IMG/VR virus record: IMGVR_UViG_3300006735_000014
DNA length: 64,000 bases
Source of the DNA: an uncultured virus (IMG/VR IMGVR_UViG_3300006735_000014)
Taxonomy: Duplodnaviria; Heunggongvirae; Uroviricota; Caudoviricetes
Reading direction: 5' to 3' (one strand)
The notes beneath the pieces were generated by a model. It ran no database searches and had not been told where the DNA came from. It saw only the letters and a program-made list of their open reading frames with translations. This document shows, one piece after another, positions 29,041-39,838 of this stretch. A program made the position numbers and the translations under genes. The stretch's first letter is position 1, and every line of letters starts with the position of its first letter.

Positions 29041-29669
29041 TATTGAGTCTGTAAATTTTGTTTTTTTCTTAGCATTAACTGCCAATCAACATAAAATATT
29101 TCTACAAATTTATCAAAACAAGTTAGAAATGCATCTACTCCTTTTTTACAATCCTTCATACCATAATCATCAAAGATCATTAGTCCATCATCTTTTAATA
29201 ATGGAAATGCATTTACTGCATCATATAATACCCATTCTCTATCATGAGATGCATCAACATATATAAAATCATATTGTTTATCTTGGTTAGATAATAAAAA
29301 TTCTTTTGTGGTAGTATGATGAAATGAACACCTTCCTGCAGAAATAAATGGCTGCAGATTGCTTATTGTACTAACTATATATGATACATTAGCTTCTGGA
29401 ACTATATGGTTTTCATCTATATCAATTGTATCAACATGACAATCATAATTATCTAACATATAATTTGCACATAAACCATTACCAGATCCTAATTCTAAAA
29501 ATTTTAAATCTTTACCGTTAGCAAAAAAATGATCTAACGTCTTTTTCCATAATGGAGCATGCATTGTAAAATTATCCCATTTCTTTGGAATAGTAAAATG
29601 ATCTCCTGGAGTATAGTTTGATGTTTTAAATTCTGTTAATGATCTTGGATATTTTTTATATTGTGTCAT
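29040..29669 (-). CDS. Class I SAM-dependent methyltransferase (Methyltransf_24-like), possibly a sugar O-methyltransferase
   Basis: LELGSGNG, YDFIYVDASH, LKDDGLMIFDDY; start codon uncertain. Confidence 0.8.
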   Translation of the reverse strand: MTQYKKYPRSLTEFKTSNYTPGDHFTIPKKWDNFTMHAPLWKKTLDHFFANGKDLKFLELGSGNGLCANYMLDNYDCHVDTIDIDENHIVPEANVSYIVSTISNLQPFISAGRCSFHHTTTKEFLLSNQDKQYDFIYVDASHDREWVLYDAVNAFPLLKDDGLMIFDDYGMKDCKKGVDAFLTCFDKFVEIFYVDWQLMLRKKQNLQTQ

Positions 29670-30282
29670 AGAATGCATTTTGTTTTTCTTGTCTTCCAAT
29701 ATCTTTTGGATGATATAATGCAAACTTCTCTTCTGGGGGAAGATTTGCAAATTTAGTATAACCTTTTAACTGTTCATGTACTGGCTTTATCCAATATATT
29801 TCTTCTTTGTTTCTATATATTCTCATTTGCCAGTCTGGAAAGTTTACCCAACCTTGATCATCTACTCTCCAACCCCATTTGGCAATATGTTCATCGGTAA
29901 TTCCTGCTACTGTATTTACTCTTGGCACCCAAAATGCTTCTGTATCATCATTTGCTTCTAGGATAAAAGGAAGTGCTTCCATTAAATATTCATTTGGAAT
30001 TTCATCTGCATCTATTTGAAATATCCAACTTCCATGACATGCCTTGTTTAAATTATTTTTGTATGCAGCAAAGTTTTTATCTAATGAATGTTGAATTAAA
30101 CTATATTCAGATGCTTGTTTTGATTCAAATTGTTCACATGCATTTATAACTTCTTTAGTTGCATTCATATCCATTTGAACTACAACTTGATCTTGTTGTC
30201 GTTTATGTTCAAATAAAAATGTTAATAACTTTTGTATTTCTTTATGCTCATTGCATACTGTTATTGCGTAACTTATTTTCAT
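29656..30282 (-). CDS. GT2 family glycosyltransferase
   Basis: ISYAITVCNE, FAAYKN, WIFQIDADE, PDWQMRI, VHE. Confidence 0.85.
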   Translation of the reverse strand: MKISYAITVCNEHKEIQKLLTFLFEHKRQQDQVVVQMDMNATKEVINACEQFESKQASEYSLIQHSLDKNFAAYKNNLNKACHGSWIFQIDADEIPNEYLMEALPFILEANDDTEAFWVPRVNTVAGITDEHIAKWGWRVDDQGWVNFPDWQMRIYRNKEEIYWIKPVHEQLKGYTKFANLPPEEKFALYHPKDIGRQEKQNAFYDTI

Positions 30283-30803
30283 TATATTGATTCTCCCATT
30301 GTTTCATAAAATTTATCTATACAACTTTTGAAATCATCTTTATCAAATGATATTGCATTTTCAATATCTACTTTATGAGTATGGTATTGTCCTTCTTGTC
30401 CATCTACTGGGTATTTTAATCTTTCATCTGCATCTAATGCTTTTACATATGATATTTTCCATACATAATCATCTTTAGATGTTCCATCTGCATATAAACA
30501 TGCTAAATGATTTCTCATGGTAGCTAAATACCATACTTGATTTAATGTTTGATCTGTAAACTTTGTATCTTTATATAATTGAGTTATCATTGTTTCATAT
30601 TGATCTAATGCTCGGCTTCCTACAGCCCATCTATCAGTAGTTGTATATCCTGTTTCCATGCATATACGAGACTCCATTCCAGTTTTTACATCAGCTTCAA
30701 TTAATACACATTTATTACCTGTAAATGGTGATACATCATCATATTCTAAATTTAACTTAGAATCATCTTCTGCGAATTCTATTTTTGTTGTTTCTTTTTT
30801 CAT
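30282..30803 (-). CDS. Hypothetical protein
   Basis: 173 aa ORF overlapping both neighbours. Confidence 0.65.
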   Translation of the reverse strand: MKKETTKIEFAEDDSKLNLEYDDVSPFTGNKCVLIEADVKTGMESRICMETGYTTTDRWAVGSRALDQYETMITQLYKDTKFTDQTLNQVWYLATMRNHLACLYADGTSKDDYVWKISYVKALDADERLKYPVDGQEGQYHTHKVDIENAISFDKDDFKSCIDKFYETMGESI

Positions 30804-32152
30804 ATTTTAACCTTTTTTAATTTTGGTAAATTAATTTTAGGTGGTGATTTTTTATTTAATTTTGGTAACTTTAATTCCATTTTTTGTGGAGCTACTGGAA
30901 TATCTAAATTACCTATCATTTCAGAAAACTTTTCTGTCATCTTTTCCATACTAAAATTATTTTTCATATGTTGTGGCATCTTCCTAGACTTTTCTAGATA
31001 TTTTTTATAATGCTTTAACATATCTTTCATTACTTTACTTGCATAACTATATTGTACAGTAAACCATTGTGCACCTTCTACTAAAAATTGATTTGCAGCT
31101 GATTTATGAACTTTTGTTAATTTACCTGGTAACAATGTACAATAATCAGGATGTAAGAAATCTAATTGGCCTGACCAATTTGATGCCATTATTGGTTTTC
31201 CTGTTGCAGCAAATTCTGCTAACGGTCTACCATATCCTTCTCCTTTTGTAAATGATATCATTGTTTTTACCTTTGGGTGATTATATAATGAATTCATTTC
31301 ATTATCTGATAAATCTCCGTGGAGTAAATATACATTTGGAGCTTTATCTCCATATGGTGCTAATATATCTTCTATCTTTGATTGTATCTGATCTCTATCA
31401 ATAATACTAAATGTTGCACCACTAGACTTAAGAATTAAACCTGGTCTTTTTCCTGAACCTGTAGACTTAAATGTTTCAGCAAATGTCTTAATAGTCATTC
31501 CGATATCTTTTCTATCTTCTCCCATTACACCAGTTATCCAATGCCCTACCGATAAGAAACAAAATTGTTCTGGAATTTCATTTAATGTATCTACTATTGA
31601 TCTATCTAATTCAGCTGTTTTCTTATATACTTCTAAATCTAATCCTTCATGTAATACTTTTATTGGAGTAGTACATTTAAGTTCATCAATTTTTTTCTGA
31701 GTATTGTTGTCCATTCTATCATATGTAGATTTCATAATTATATCAGCTGAATGTTTTGAAGTTGCAATAACTAAATCCATTCTATTACATCCTAATATTA
31801 ATTCGGCTGGACAAACATCTGTTTCTACTCCTGCAGTAACACCAATATTTATTTTACCTGGCTTTATTTCTTTTCCATCAGGTCCCATATTAAACTCATT
31901 TGGAACTGAAACTTGAATAAATATATCTGGTTGTCTATTTAATTGTTGTCTTAAAAAACAATCAATAATCATTTTATCCTTTGGATCTTGTACATTTAAT
32001 GCATCCATAGGACAATGTCCCCATGGTAATGATATGATTTTAAGTTCATATTTGTCCATTGCAATTATACTTCTAACTAAATCTCTTGTATGATTTCCAT
32101 ATCCTGATCTAGTTGCGACTGGTCCTTGTACTACTATTAACGGTTTCATCAT
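30800..32152 (-). CDS. GT4 family glycosyltransferase
   Basis: SGYG, RKDI, KGEGYGRPLAEF..TGKP. Confidence 0.85.
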   Translation of the reverse strand: MMKPLIVVQGPVATRSGYGNHTRDLVRSIIAMDKYELKIISLPWGHCPMDALNVQDPKDKMIIDCFLRQQLNRQPDIFIQVSVPNEFNMGPDGKEIKPGKINIGVTAGVETDVCPAELILGCNRMDLVIATSKHSADIIMKSTYDRMDNNTQKKIDELKCTTPIKVLHEGLDLEVYKKTAELDRSIVDTLNEIPEQFCFLSVGHWITGVMGEDRKDIGMTIKTFAETFKSTGSGKRPGLILKSSGATFSIIDRDQIQSKIEDILAPYGDKAPNVYLLHGDLSDNEMNSLYNHPKVKTMISFTKGEGYGRPLAEFAATGKPIMASNWSGQLDFLHPDYCTLLPGKLTKVHKSAANQFLVEGAQWFTVQYSYASKVMKDMLKHYKKYLEKSRKMPQHMKNNFSMEKMTEKFSEMIGNLDIPVAPQKMELKLPKLNKKSPPKINLPKLKKVKI

Positions 32153-33606
32153 GCTATTACTCCTGATTTTTCAATTTTTACTTTAGGTCCTGTTTTATAT
32201 AACGTAAACCTTTTTCTAGGTGTCCAACTTTCTAAACATTTATCAATATGAATTTTAAACAATGAACTCATATTTTTTGCTGACATATTTGATTCATCTC
32301 CACAAACCCAATCATGTCCTTCCATACCTCTTTCTTTTCTTTCTTCTACTGACATATCGTACCAATATTTAATTGCTTTTGCAACATCTCTAAAATCAAC
32401 TCTATCATCAAATATATAAGGAGTTAATGGAGAACCTTGTACAGATCTATTAGTTGGAAATACTGCCTTTGCCCATCTTGCATGTTTCTTATATGTTCCA
32501 TCATGGTTACTAGGAATATCAGTACTAAAATCGATCCAATCACCATTATCATCTTCAAATCTCATATGGTCTTGGAGGCCTCCGGTGACATTATTAACAA
32601 TAGGCGTACCTGTCATTAATGATTCAGCTCCTGATAATCCAAATCCTTCATTTGAAGCAATATTAACTGTTACATCGGCCATATTATAAAAGAAATTTAA
32701 TTGCTGTAACGGAACTCCTCCATTTGTAATATGAACTTTATAATCTGGACAAAGTGCATTTTTAACTGCAACTAAATCCGTGCCATTATCATCTCTAGCT
32801 TGAGTATTCATAAGTAACATACATTTATCGGCTTTTTCTTTAGGTAATGAATCACAAAAAGTTTTATATGATAAAATTAAATCACCAGGTTGTTTTCTTC
32901 TAATGTTTCTATTGTTCCAGAAAATAATAAAATCAACATCCTTATCACGTTTAAATCCTTGTTCTGTTTGTTTAAACTGCTTATACTCTGAATGTAATGA
33001 ATCAATTGGATAAAACTCATCTCCATTTATTCCATGAGGTACATATTGAACTGCCCAATCTGGTTTTGGATATTTTCTTAAAACATTTTTTACAATATTA
33101 TTAGTTTGTTTAGAAATATTCATGATTAAATCACATGACTCATAGAACGGCTCATTCCAGAATGGATAAGGTAAATCGTCCCATATATTATAATACATAA
33201 TAGGAGTATGTTGTCTAATCTGATGTTCAATCGAATATAACCAAACCCAAAATCTAGGGTCTGTAAAATGTAAAATCGCATCTGGTTGTTCAATACGAAT
33301 TAATTCAAATAATTTTTGTGGATCTCCATATCCTGAAGATGCGTATATCTTACAATATGCATCATCTACATTCATTTTCTTTCCAACTTCTTCTGATATA
33401 TCAAAAACTTGATTTTCATTTGGATGCTTTACAGCTGCTCCTAATTGAACCCAATCATATTTATCAATTGTTCCAAATACAAAATCTCTTGATACATTTG
33501 CGATACCAGAATGCATTCTTAAATCATCTGATAACAACAAGATTTTCTTTTTCTTTGGCTTGTTTGGGTCAATCTTTCTTAACTTTGGTAACTTTATTGG
33601 TTCCAT
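32149..33606 (-). CDS. GT4 family glycosyltransferase
   Basis: VPHGI, NRNIRRK, SNEGFGLSGAESLMTGTP. Confidence 0.88.
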   Translation of the reverse strand: MEPIKLPKLRKIDPNKPKKKKILLLSDDLRMHSGIANVSRDFVFGTIDKYDWVQLGAAVKHPNENQVFDISEEVGKKMNVDDAYCKIYASSGYGDPQKLFELIRIEQPDAILHFTDPRFWVWLYSIEHQIRQHTPIMYYNIWDDLPYPFWNEPFYESCDLIMNISKQTNNIVKNVLRKYPKPDWAVQYVPHGINGDEFYPIDSLHSEYKQFKQTEQGFKRDKDVDFIIFWNNRNIRRKQPGDLILSYKTFCDSLPKEKADKCMLLMNTQARDDNGTDLVAVKNALCPDYKVHITNGGVPLQQLNFFYNMADVTVNIASNEGFGLSGAESLMTGTPIVNNVTGGLQDHMRFEDDNGDWIDFSTDIPSNHDGTYKKHARWAKAVFPTNRSVQGSPLTPYIFDDRVDFRDVAKAIKYWYDMSVEERKERGMEGHDWVCGDESNMSAKNMSSLFKIHIDKCLESWTPRKRFTLYKTGPKVKIEKSGVIA

Positions 33607-33635
33607 ATATTTCTCCTATAACCGTTCTTTTTATT

Positions 33636-33647
33636 TAATATAAATAT
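33636..33647 (-). promoter_or_regulatory. Candidate late-promoter motif ATATTTATATTA at the head of the glycosylation island
   Basis: Identical 12-mer to 3693 and 11162; 30 nt upstream of the 33606 start. Confidence 0.6.
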
Positions 33648-33659
33648 GCTTTTACTTAC

Positions 33660-33845
33660 TTAACCTTTCATCTTTTTAAAGATAAATTTATCAATTGGCC
33701 AAAATATTATTGCACCTACAAACTGGAATCCAATTACGGTTGCAAGATTTGACCATCCTAATATATCTGAAAATAGATACATACATGGCCATGATACGAT
33801 AATGCCTAATTGCCATTTAGCATGATATGTTAGATACTTCTTCAT
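33660..33845 (-). CDS. Small two-TM membrane protein
   Basis: 61 aa hydrophobic ORF overlapping the upstream stop. Confidence 0.55.
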   Translation of the reverse strand: MKKYLTYHAKWQLGIIVSWPCMYLFSDILGWSNLATVIGFQFVGAIIFWPIDKFIFKKMKG

Positions 33846-34252
33846 GTTATTATTGTTACTGGTTTACTTAATTTTTTTGCTTGTTTAATTGCACTTAAAC
33901 TTCCATTTGCATTATCTCCATTAGGAATGAATGCCATCATTACATCACAAGCTTTTGCTATCAATATATTTCTATGATGAAATTGTGATACATGATATGG
34001 TTTATTATAATAGTTATCAGACATAGCCGAATATAAATTTTTAGTTGTATGAGCTGGATTATATTCTTGATATTTTATTCCAAACTCTAATGAATACTTT
34101 CTTGCAAATTTATCAGCGCCATATTGAGCTCCTCCGGATAAAATAGTTAAATCATCTTTAAATTTTTGTTTAAGTTGAAATAACGCGTCTTTTATCTTAC
34201 GAGTATTCTCATAATGTCTACTACCTATTATCGCTACTTTCATCTTTTGCAT
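33842..34252 (-). CDS. SLOG superfamily (YspA/DUF2493-like) protein
   Basis: AIIGSR, ILSGGA.GADKFA, RNILI...CDVMMAF, KP. Confidence 0.75.
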   Translation of the reverse strand: MQKMKVAIIGSRHYENTRKIKDALFQLKQKFKDDLTILSGGAQYGADKFARKYSLEFGIKYQEYNPAHTTKNLYSAMSDNYYNKPYHVSQFHHRNILIAKACDVMMAFIPNGDNANGSLSAIKQAKKLSKPVTIIT

Positions 34253-34481
34253 CTGATTCTGCTTTTGTATTAATTGATTCTACAATTTTAGTTAATACTT
34301 CAACTTTTCCTTCTGCGTGAGCTAATGTATCAATTAATTTATCTGCTTCTGCCACAATATTAGGATGTTCGCCTACTGCTACAGGATTATTGAAAAAATT
34401 AATTAAGTTTGCATTTGCTGTTGCTTTGTCTGCATTATATTTTGCATTTAAAGCTGTAATAATTTCTTGAGTTAGTTGCAT
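34221..34481 (-). CDS. Hypothetical protein
   Basis: 86 aa helical ORF with NPVAVGEHP motif. Confidence 0.6.
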   Translation of the reverse strand: MQLTQEIITALNAKYNADKATANANLINFFNNPVAVGEHPNIVAEADKLIDTLAHAEGKVEVLTKIVESINTKAESDAKDESSDNR

Positions 34482-34485
34482 AATT

Positions 34486-35421
34486 TTATTCCTTTATTCT
34501 ATTAATTTTTGGACATAAGTCTAATCGGTCTTTAAACTCACACCATTTACAATTTTTATTATTCTTGCCTGCGACCGCGACATGCTGTTTAATTTTATAA
34601 GATCCATCTGCATTAAAATTTAAGTCTACAAATGATTCTATTGATTTACCTAATTTATTTCTGGTTGGTTTACCACTTGCTGGCATAAATTCTGTAATCC
34701 TTTTTTGAGGAAACATTGCTCCTTCAATAAGTTTTCTTTTAACAATCATATATTTGATGTCAATATTTTCTACATCATATCCATATTGTTCTGCAAAATA
34801 CTTTTTATATAATACTAATTGAGATGTTTTAACTTTATCTGCTTTTTGATATTTATTCCAACCCATTGTACTAGTTTTAATATCTATAATAGTAATTTTA
34901 TTATCTCGTTTATCTCTTACAACAATATCCAAATAACCCAACATCATTACATTATCATTTTTATTGTTAACTGGATGATAGATTGGAACTTCTATACCTA
35001 ATAATTCTTCATTCTTAGCTGAAAAGTATTGACCTCTTTTTTTCTTAAACCAATCTAAAATTGCAATACCATCAGAATAAAATTCATTTAATTCTCTAGA
35101 TGATGAAAAATGTTCGCCGCCCATTTTTTCAACAGCTTCTTTATATAAAGAATGCATTTGGTCTGCTAAATACTTATTGATATCTATTTCATTGGCCTTC
35201 TTAACAGAATCATTAAACATAACTGTTAGATAGTTTTGTAATGTTTCATGGAATGCTGTTCCAAATATTGTATGGATTGATTGACTAAAAGTACGAAGAT
35301 TTTGAACATATGCCAATTCCCAATGTTTAGGACATGTTGAATACATTGCATATTGTGAATATGATATCTTTCGTTCTGCCTTGTTCGGCTCTCTTTGGTT
35401 GTATTTTAAAAACTTATTCAT
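34486..35421 (-). CDS. PD-(D/E)XK exonuclease, Cas4/AddB-like with probable Fe-S cluster
   Basis: SYSQ...CP, GTAFHE, GYLD, IIDIKTS, QLVLY, CKWCEFK...C. Confidence 0.85.
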   Translation of the reverse strand: MNKFLKYNQREPNKAERKISYSQYAMYSTCPKHWELAYVQNLRTFSQSIHTIFGTAFHETLQNYLTVMFNDSVKKANEIDINKYLADQMHSLYKEAVEKMGGEHFSSSRELNEFYSDGIAILDWFKKKRGQYFSAKNEELLGIEVPIYHPVNNKNDNVMMLGYLDIVVRDKRDNKITIIDIKTSTMGWNKYQKADKVKTSQLVLYKKYFAEQYGYDVENIDIKYMIVKRKLIEGAMFPQKRITEFMPASGKPTRNKLGKSIESFVDLNFNADGSYKIKQHVAVAGKNNKNCKWCEFKDRLDLCPKINRIKE

Positions 35422-35424
35422 ATA

Positions 35425-35456
35425 TAAATATAAGAAAAATATCTCGTACTACCAAA
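35425..35456 (-). promoter_or_regulatory. Host-sigma-type promoter TTTG-N20-TATATTTA
   Basis: Minus strand TTTG-gtagtacgagatatttttct-TATATTTA; spacer very similar to the 5368 copy. Confidence 0.65.
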
Positions 35457-35849
35457 TTATTTACCCCATTTGTTTGCAGAAACTATTTGAGCTATAATAC
35501 CATATATTGATAAATCCTGGAATGTATCTTGTTCAGATTCTCCTACTTCATCTTTATGACCAAGAACAATTAATTGCTTTAATCTTTGTATTTTATCATT
35601 CATACGAAACCATAATCCAGTCAATGATAATTTAACATCATCAGGAGTTTGTAAATTAGTTCCTACCGATATATTACCTGGCCCATAATTCTTTTGTTTT
35701 TTACAAAACATTTTGTATTGTTCTTCAAGTATTTTCTTAAATTCATTACAAGTTTCAGGAAAATTTGTTTCACAATAATCTACTGCTTCATTTCCTGTTG
35801 ATGATTTTTCTTTAAAGTCTACTCTTGGTCTATCTTTGATTGCTTTCAT
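35457..35849 (-). CDS. DUF1599-like (nucleotide-modification-associated) all-alpha protein
   Basis: KKQKNYG, FRMNDKIQRL, DTFQDLSIYGII pattern. Confidence 0.7.
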   Translation of the reverse strand: MKAIKDRPRVDFKEKSSTGNEAVDYCETNFPETCNEFKKILEEQYKMFCKKQKNYGPGNISVGTNLQTPDDVKLSLTGLWFRMNDKIQRLKQLIVLGHKDEVGESEQDTFQDLSIYGIIAQIVSANKWGK

Positions 35850-36292
35850 TTTAATATCTTTTTTATTTCCTTTTCTGTTTTACCATATGATTGTAATGCA
35901 GAAACTATGCTTTGTATACCATCAGTTGTCATAATTAATATATCAATATAATCTTCGGCCTCTATTGAACTAACTTGATAATAATCTTTAATAAATGATA
36001 CAAGTTCTTTGTTGTATTTATTTGATTTCTTACCTTTAATATATTTAGCTCTTACATTTGCCTTTGGTAAAATATCATAGTATAATTGATATACATGTTT
36101 TTTACTTAATGGTCCAATTGTATATTGTTGAAACATGTCAATAATTTCAATAAGATCTGGATGCATTGATAACCATCTATTTATAATATAAGGGGCAAAT
36201 GATTTTTGGTCTGCCTCTGTTAATTTATCCCATGATTTCTTTTTATGAGTTAAATTTGCAATATGATCAAATATAGTAGCTGGTTTCTTCAT
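35846..36292 (-). CDS. Clamp-loader small subunit (T4 gp62-like)
   Basis: YIINRWLSM...YQLYYDILPK...YIKGK; near the gp44-like and clamp genes. Confidence 0.7.
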   Translation of the reverse strand: MKKPATIFDHIANLTHKKKSWDKLTEADQKSFAPYIINRWLSMHPDLIEIIDMFQQYTIGPLSKKHVYQLYYDILPKANVRAKYIKGKKSNKYNKELVSFIKDYYQVSSIEAEDYIDILIMTTDGIQSIVSALQSYGKTEKEIKKILK

Positions 36293-36293
36293 A

Positions 36294-37919
<1,626 letters not shown>

Positions 37920-38165
37920 CTATTTTGTTTTTGGTAAAAATTCTTTATTTATATGTCCACATTCATCACATCTATATACCGGGATCGGAATAATCTGTTC
38001 CTTTCCTGTTGGTGATACTAATGCGCCTATTTTTTTAAATGCATTAACTTGTCTAAAAAATTTACATCCACAATTTTCACAAACAAGATCTTTAAGATCG
38101 TTATAATCTAATTTTATTTGAGCTCCAGGTTGTTCCTTACCACCCATTCCTATTACTTTTGACAT
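37920..38165 (-). CDS. Small zinc-ribbon protein
   Basis: CENCG...CDECGH. Confidence 0.7.
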   Translation of the reverse strand: MSKVIGMGGKEQPGAQIKLDYNDLKDLVCENCGCKFFRQVNAFKKIGALVSPTGKEQIIPIPVYRCDECGHINKEFLPKTK

Positions 38166-38173
38166 TATTTCCC

Positions 38174-39103
38174 TTATTTAATTTCATTAATTATTTTAAT
38201 CATAGTCGACATAATATGAAGTTCTTTATCAACTGCAAATGCGTCTTGATATTGTGATTCTGCTAGAATTAAAATTACACTTGCGATATGACCTGTAGCA
38301 TAATTATCTACTTCATCAAATAAAAATTTATAAAGTGCAGTAAAATCTTTTACCTTACTATTATTAACTAGCTGACGAATGTCTTGAAAGCATGTTTTTT
38401 TATCTTCTGTTTTTTGTAAGATATCTAAAAGCTTAGTCATATAATTTGCTTGTACTAAACTTTCTTTATCTATTTGTAATTCACCAGCTATTACTTGTCT
38501 TTGAGCAGAATTTAACACTCTTCTAATATCTGGATATCCATTGTTTATTAATGTTACCAAATCATTCATTTCAAATTTAATACTCTGTTCCTTAAGTATT
38601 GTAACTATTCTTTTAGCTACTTCTTTTTTATTAGGAGGAGTAATTCCAAATACCTGACATCTAGATTGAATTGGATCAATTATCTTTTCAACATAATTAC
38701 ATGTTAAGATAAACCTAGTTGTTTTACTAAATGTCTCCATTAGATTCCTTAAGGCAGCTTGGCCATTTGGAGTCATATAATCTGCTTCATCTAATATTAC
38801 AATTTTCCATCTTTTGAATCCAATTGTACTTGCAAAGTTTTTTACTTTAGTTCTAACTGTTTCTACATTATTCTCATCTGATGCGTTTATATACATAATA
38901 TCTGCATCAACATTACCTGCAATAATCTTAGCTAAAGTTGTTTTACCTGTACCTGCGCCTCCATAAAATAATAAATGAGGAACATCACCATTTTCAAGAT
39001 ATAATTTTACTTTACTAATAATTAATTCATTACCAACATATCCATCTAATGTACTTGGACGAAACTTTTCTACCCAAAGTGTATTTTCTTGATTTCCAAA
39101 CAT
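38174..39103 (-). CDS. Clamp-loader AAA+ ATPase (RFC small subunit / T4 gp44-like)
   Basis: WVEKFRP, GGAGTGKT, INASDE, ILDEADY, ALRNLME, SRC. Confidence 0.95.
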   Translation of the reverse strand: MFGNQENTLWVEKFRPSTLDGYVGNELIISKVKLYLENGDVPHLLFYGGAGTGKTTLAKIIAGNVDADIMYINASDENNVETVRTKVKNFASTIGFKRWKIVILDEADYMTPNGQAALRNLMETFSKTTRFILTCNYVEKIIDPIQSRCQVFGITPPNKKEVAKRIVTILKEQSIKFEMNDLVTLINNGYPDIRRVLNSAQRQVIAGELQIDKESLVQANYMTKLLDILQKTEDKKTCFQDIRQLVNNSKVKDFTALYKFLFDEVDNYATGHIASVILILAESQYQDAFAVDKELHIMSTMIKIINEIK

Positions 39104-39104
39104 A

Positions 39105-39824
39105 TTAATTAGCTTGTAATTGTACTAGGTAATATGTAGATGAATAATCTTTACCTGTAAATGATACTCTTGCTAGTCCTGCACTTGATACTTCAATATA
39201 TCCTGTCTCTGCTTCTTTATTTGCAACTAATATTTCTTTAAATAAATTAGCTGAAAAACAAGTTGCTTTAAGATCGCTTTGTTCTCCTTCTGGAGTAGTT
39301 GGCCATGTAATTCTATTCGTATTCAAAGTTGAATAATTTAAAATCATATTAGTTCCTAATGCATCACTTTCAATTGCAAAGTTTTCTGTTTCAGGCAATG
39401 CATTTTTGGACTTAACAAATTTATCTGCAAAGTCTTTTGTTAATTTAATCTTAACATTAAAGTCAGGTAATTGTTTCATTGCCGGAACTTGTCTAATAAC
39501 TGATAAGTCTGCTAACATAAATGTTACATCAGTTGTTTTATCTGATAAGTTAATTGAAAATGCTGTACCATCTGCATTATTAATTCTCATAGTAACATCA
39601 TTGTCTAATGCAGTTAACAACTTGGTTAGCTGAGAAGTTGCATATACTCCTAATGTTACATCATCTACATCAAAATTATTCATTGATACAGATCCTACTA
39701 CGTTTTGATCATCTGTAATAAAATTACAGCTTAATGTTTTATCTTTGATATCCAATCTAACTGAATTTGCATTTCCTGCTAGATGATACTTATCAATAAA
39801 ACCTGTTAATTGTTTCTTTTCCAT
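39105..39824 (-). CDS. DNA sliding clamp (gp45/PCNA-like)
   Basis: 239 aa beta-rich two-domain pattern ending GLARVSF....STYYLV; directly upstream of the clamp loader. Confidence 0.75.
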   Translation of the reverse strand: MEKKQLTGFIDKYHLAGNANSVRLDIKDKTLSCNFITDDQNVVGSVSMNNFDVDDVTLGVYATSQLTKLLTALDNDVTMRINNADGTAFSINLSDKTTDVTFMLADLSVIRQVPAMKQLPDFNVKIKLTKDFADKFVKSKNALPETENFAIESDALGTNMILNYSTLNTNRITWPTTPEGEQSDLKATCFSANLFKEILVANKEAETGYIEVSSAGLARVSFTGKDYSSTYYLVQLQAN

Positions 39825-39838
39825 TGTTTACCTTTTTT

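Noticed and set aside
11317..33606. Bacterial O-antigen or capsule locus, implying a cellular contig
   Set aside because: No wzx, wzy, wzm/wzt or priming transferase recognised; flanked by phage genes and shares their promoter motifs.
34486..35421. Cas4-like nuclease as evidence of a CRISPR-Cas system
   Set aside because: No repeat-spacer array or other cas genes seen; stand-alone Cas4-like exonucleases are common in phages.
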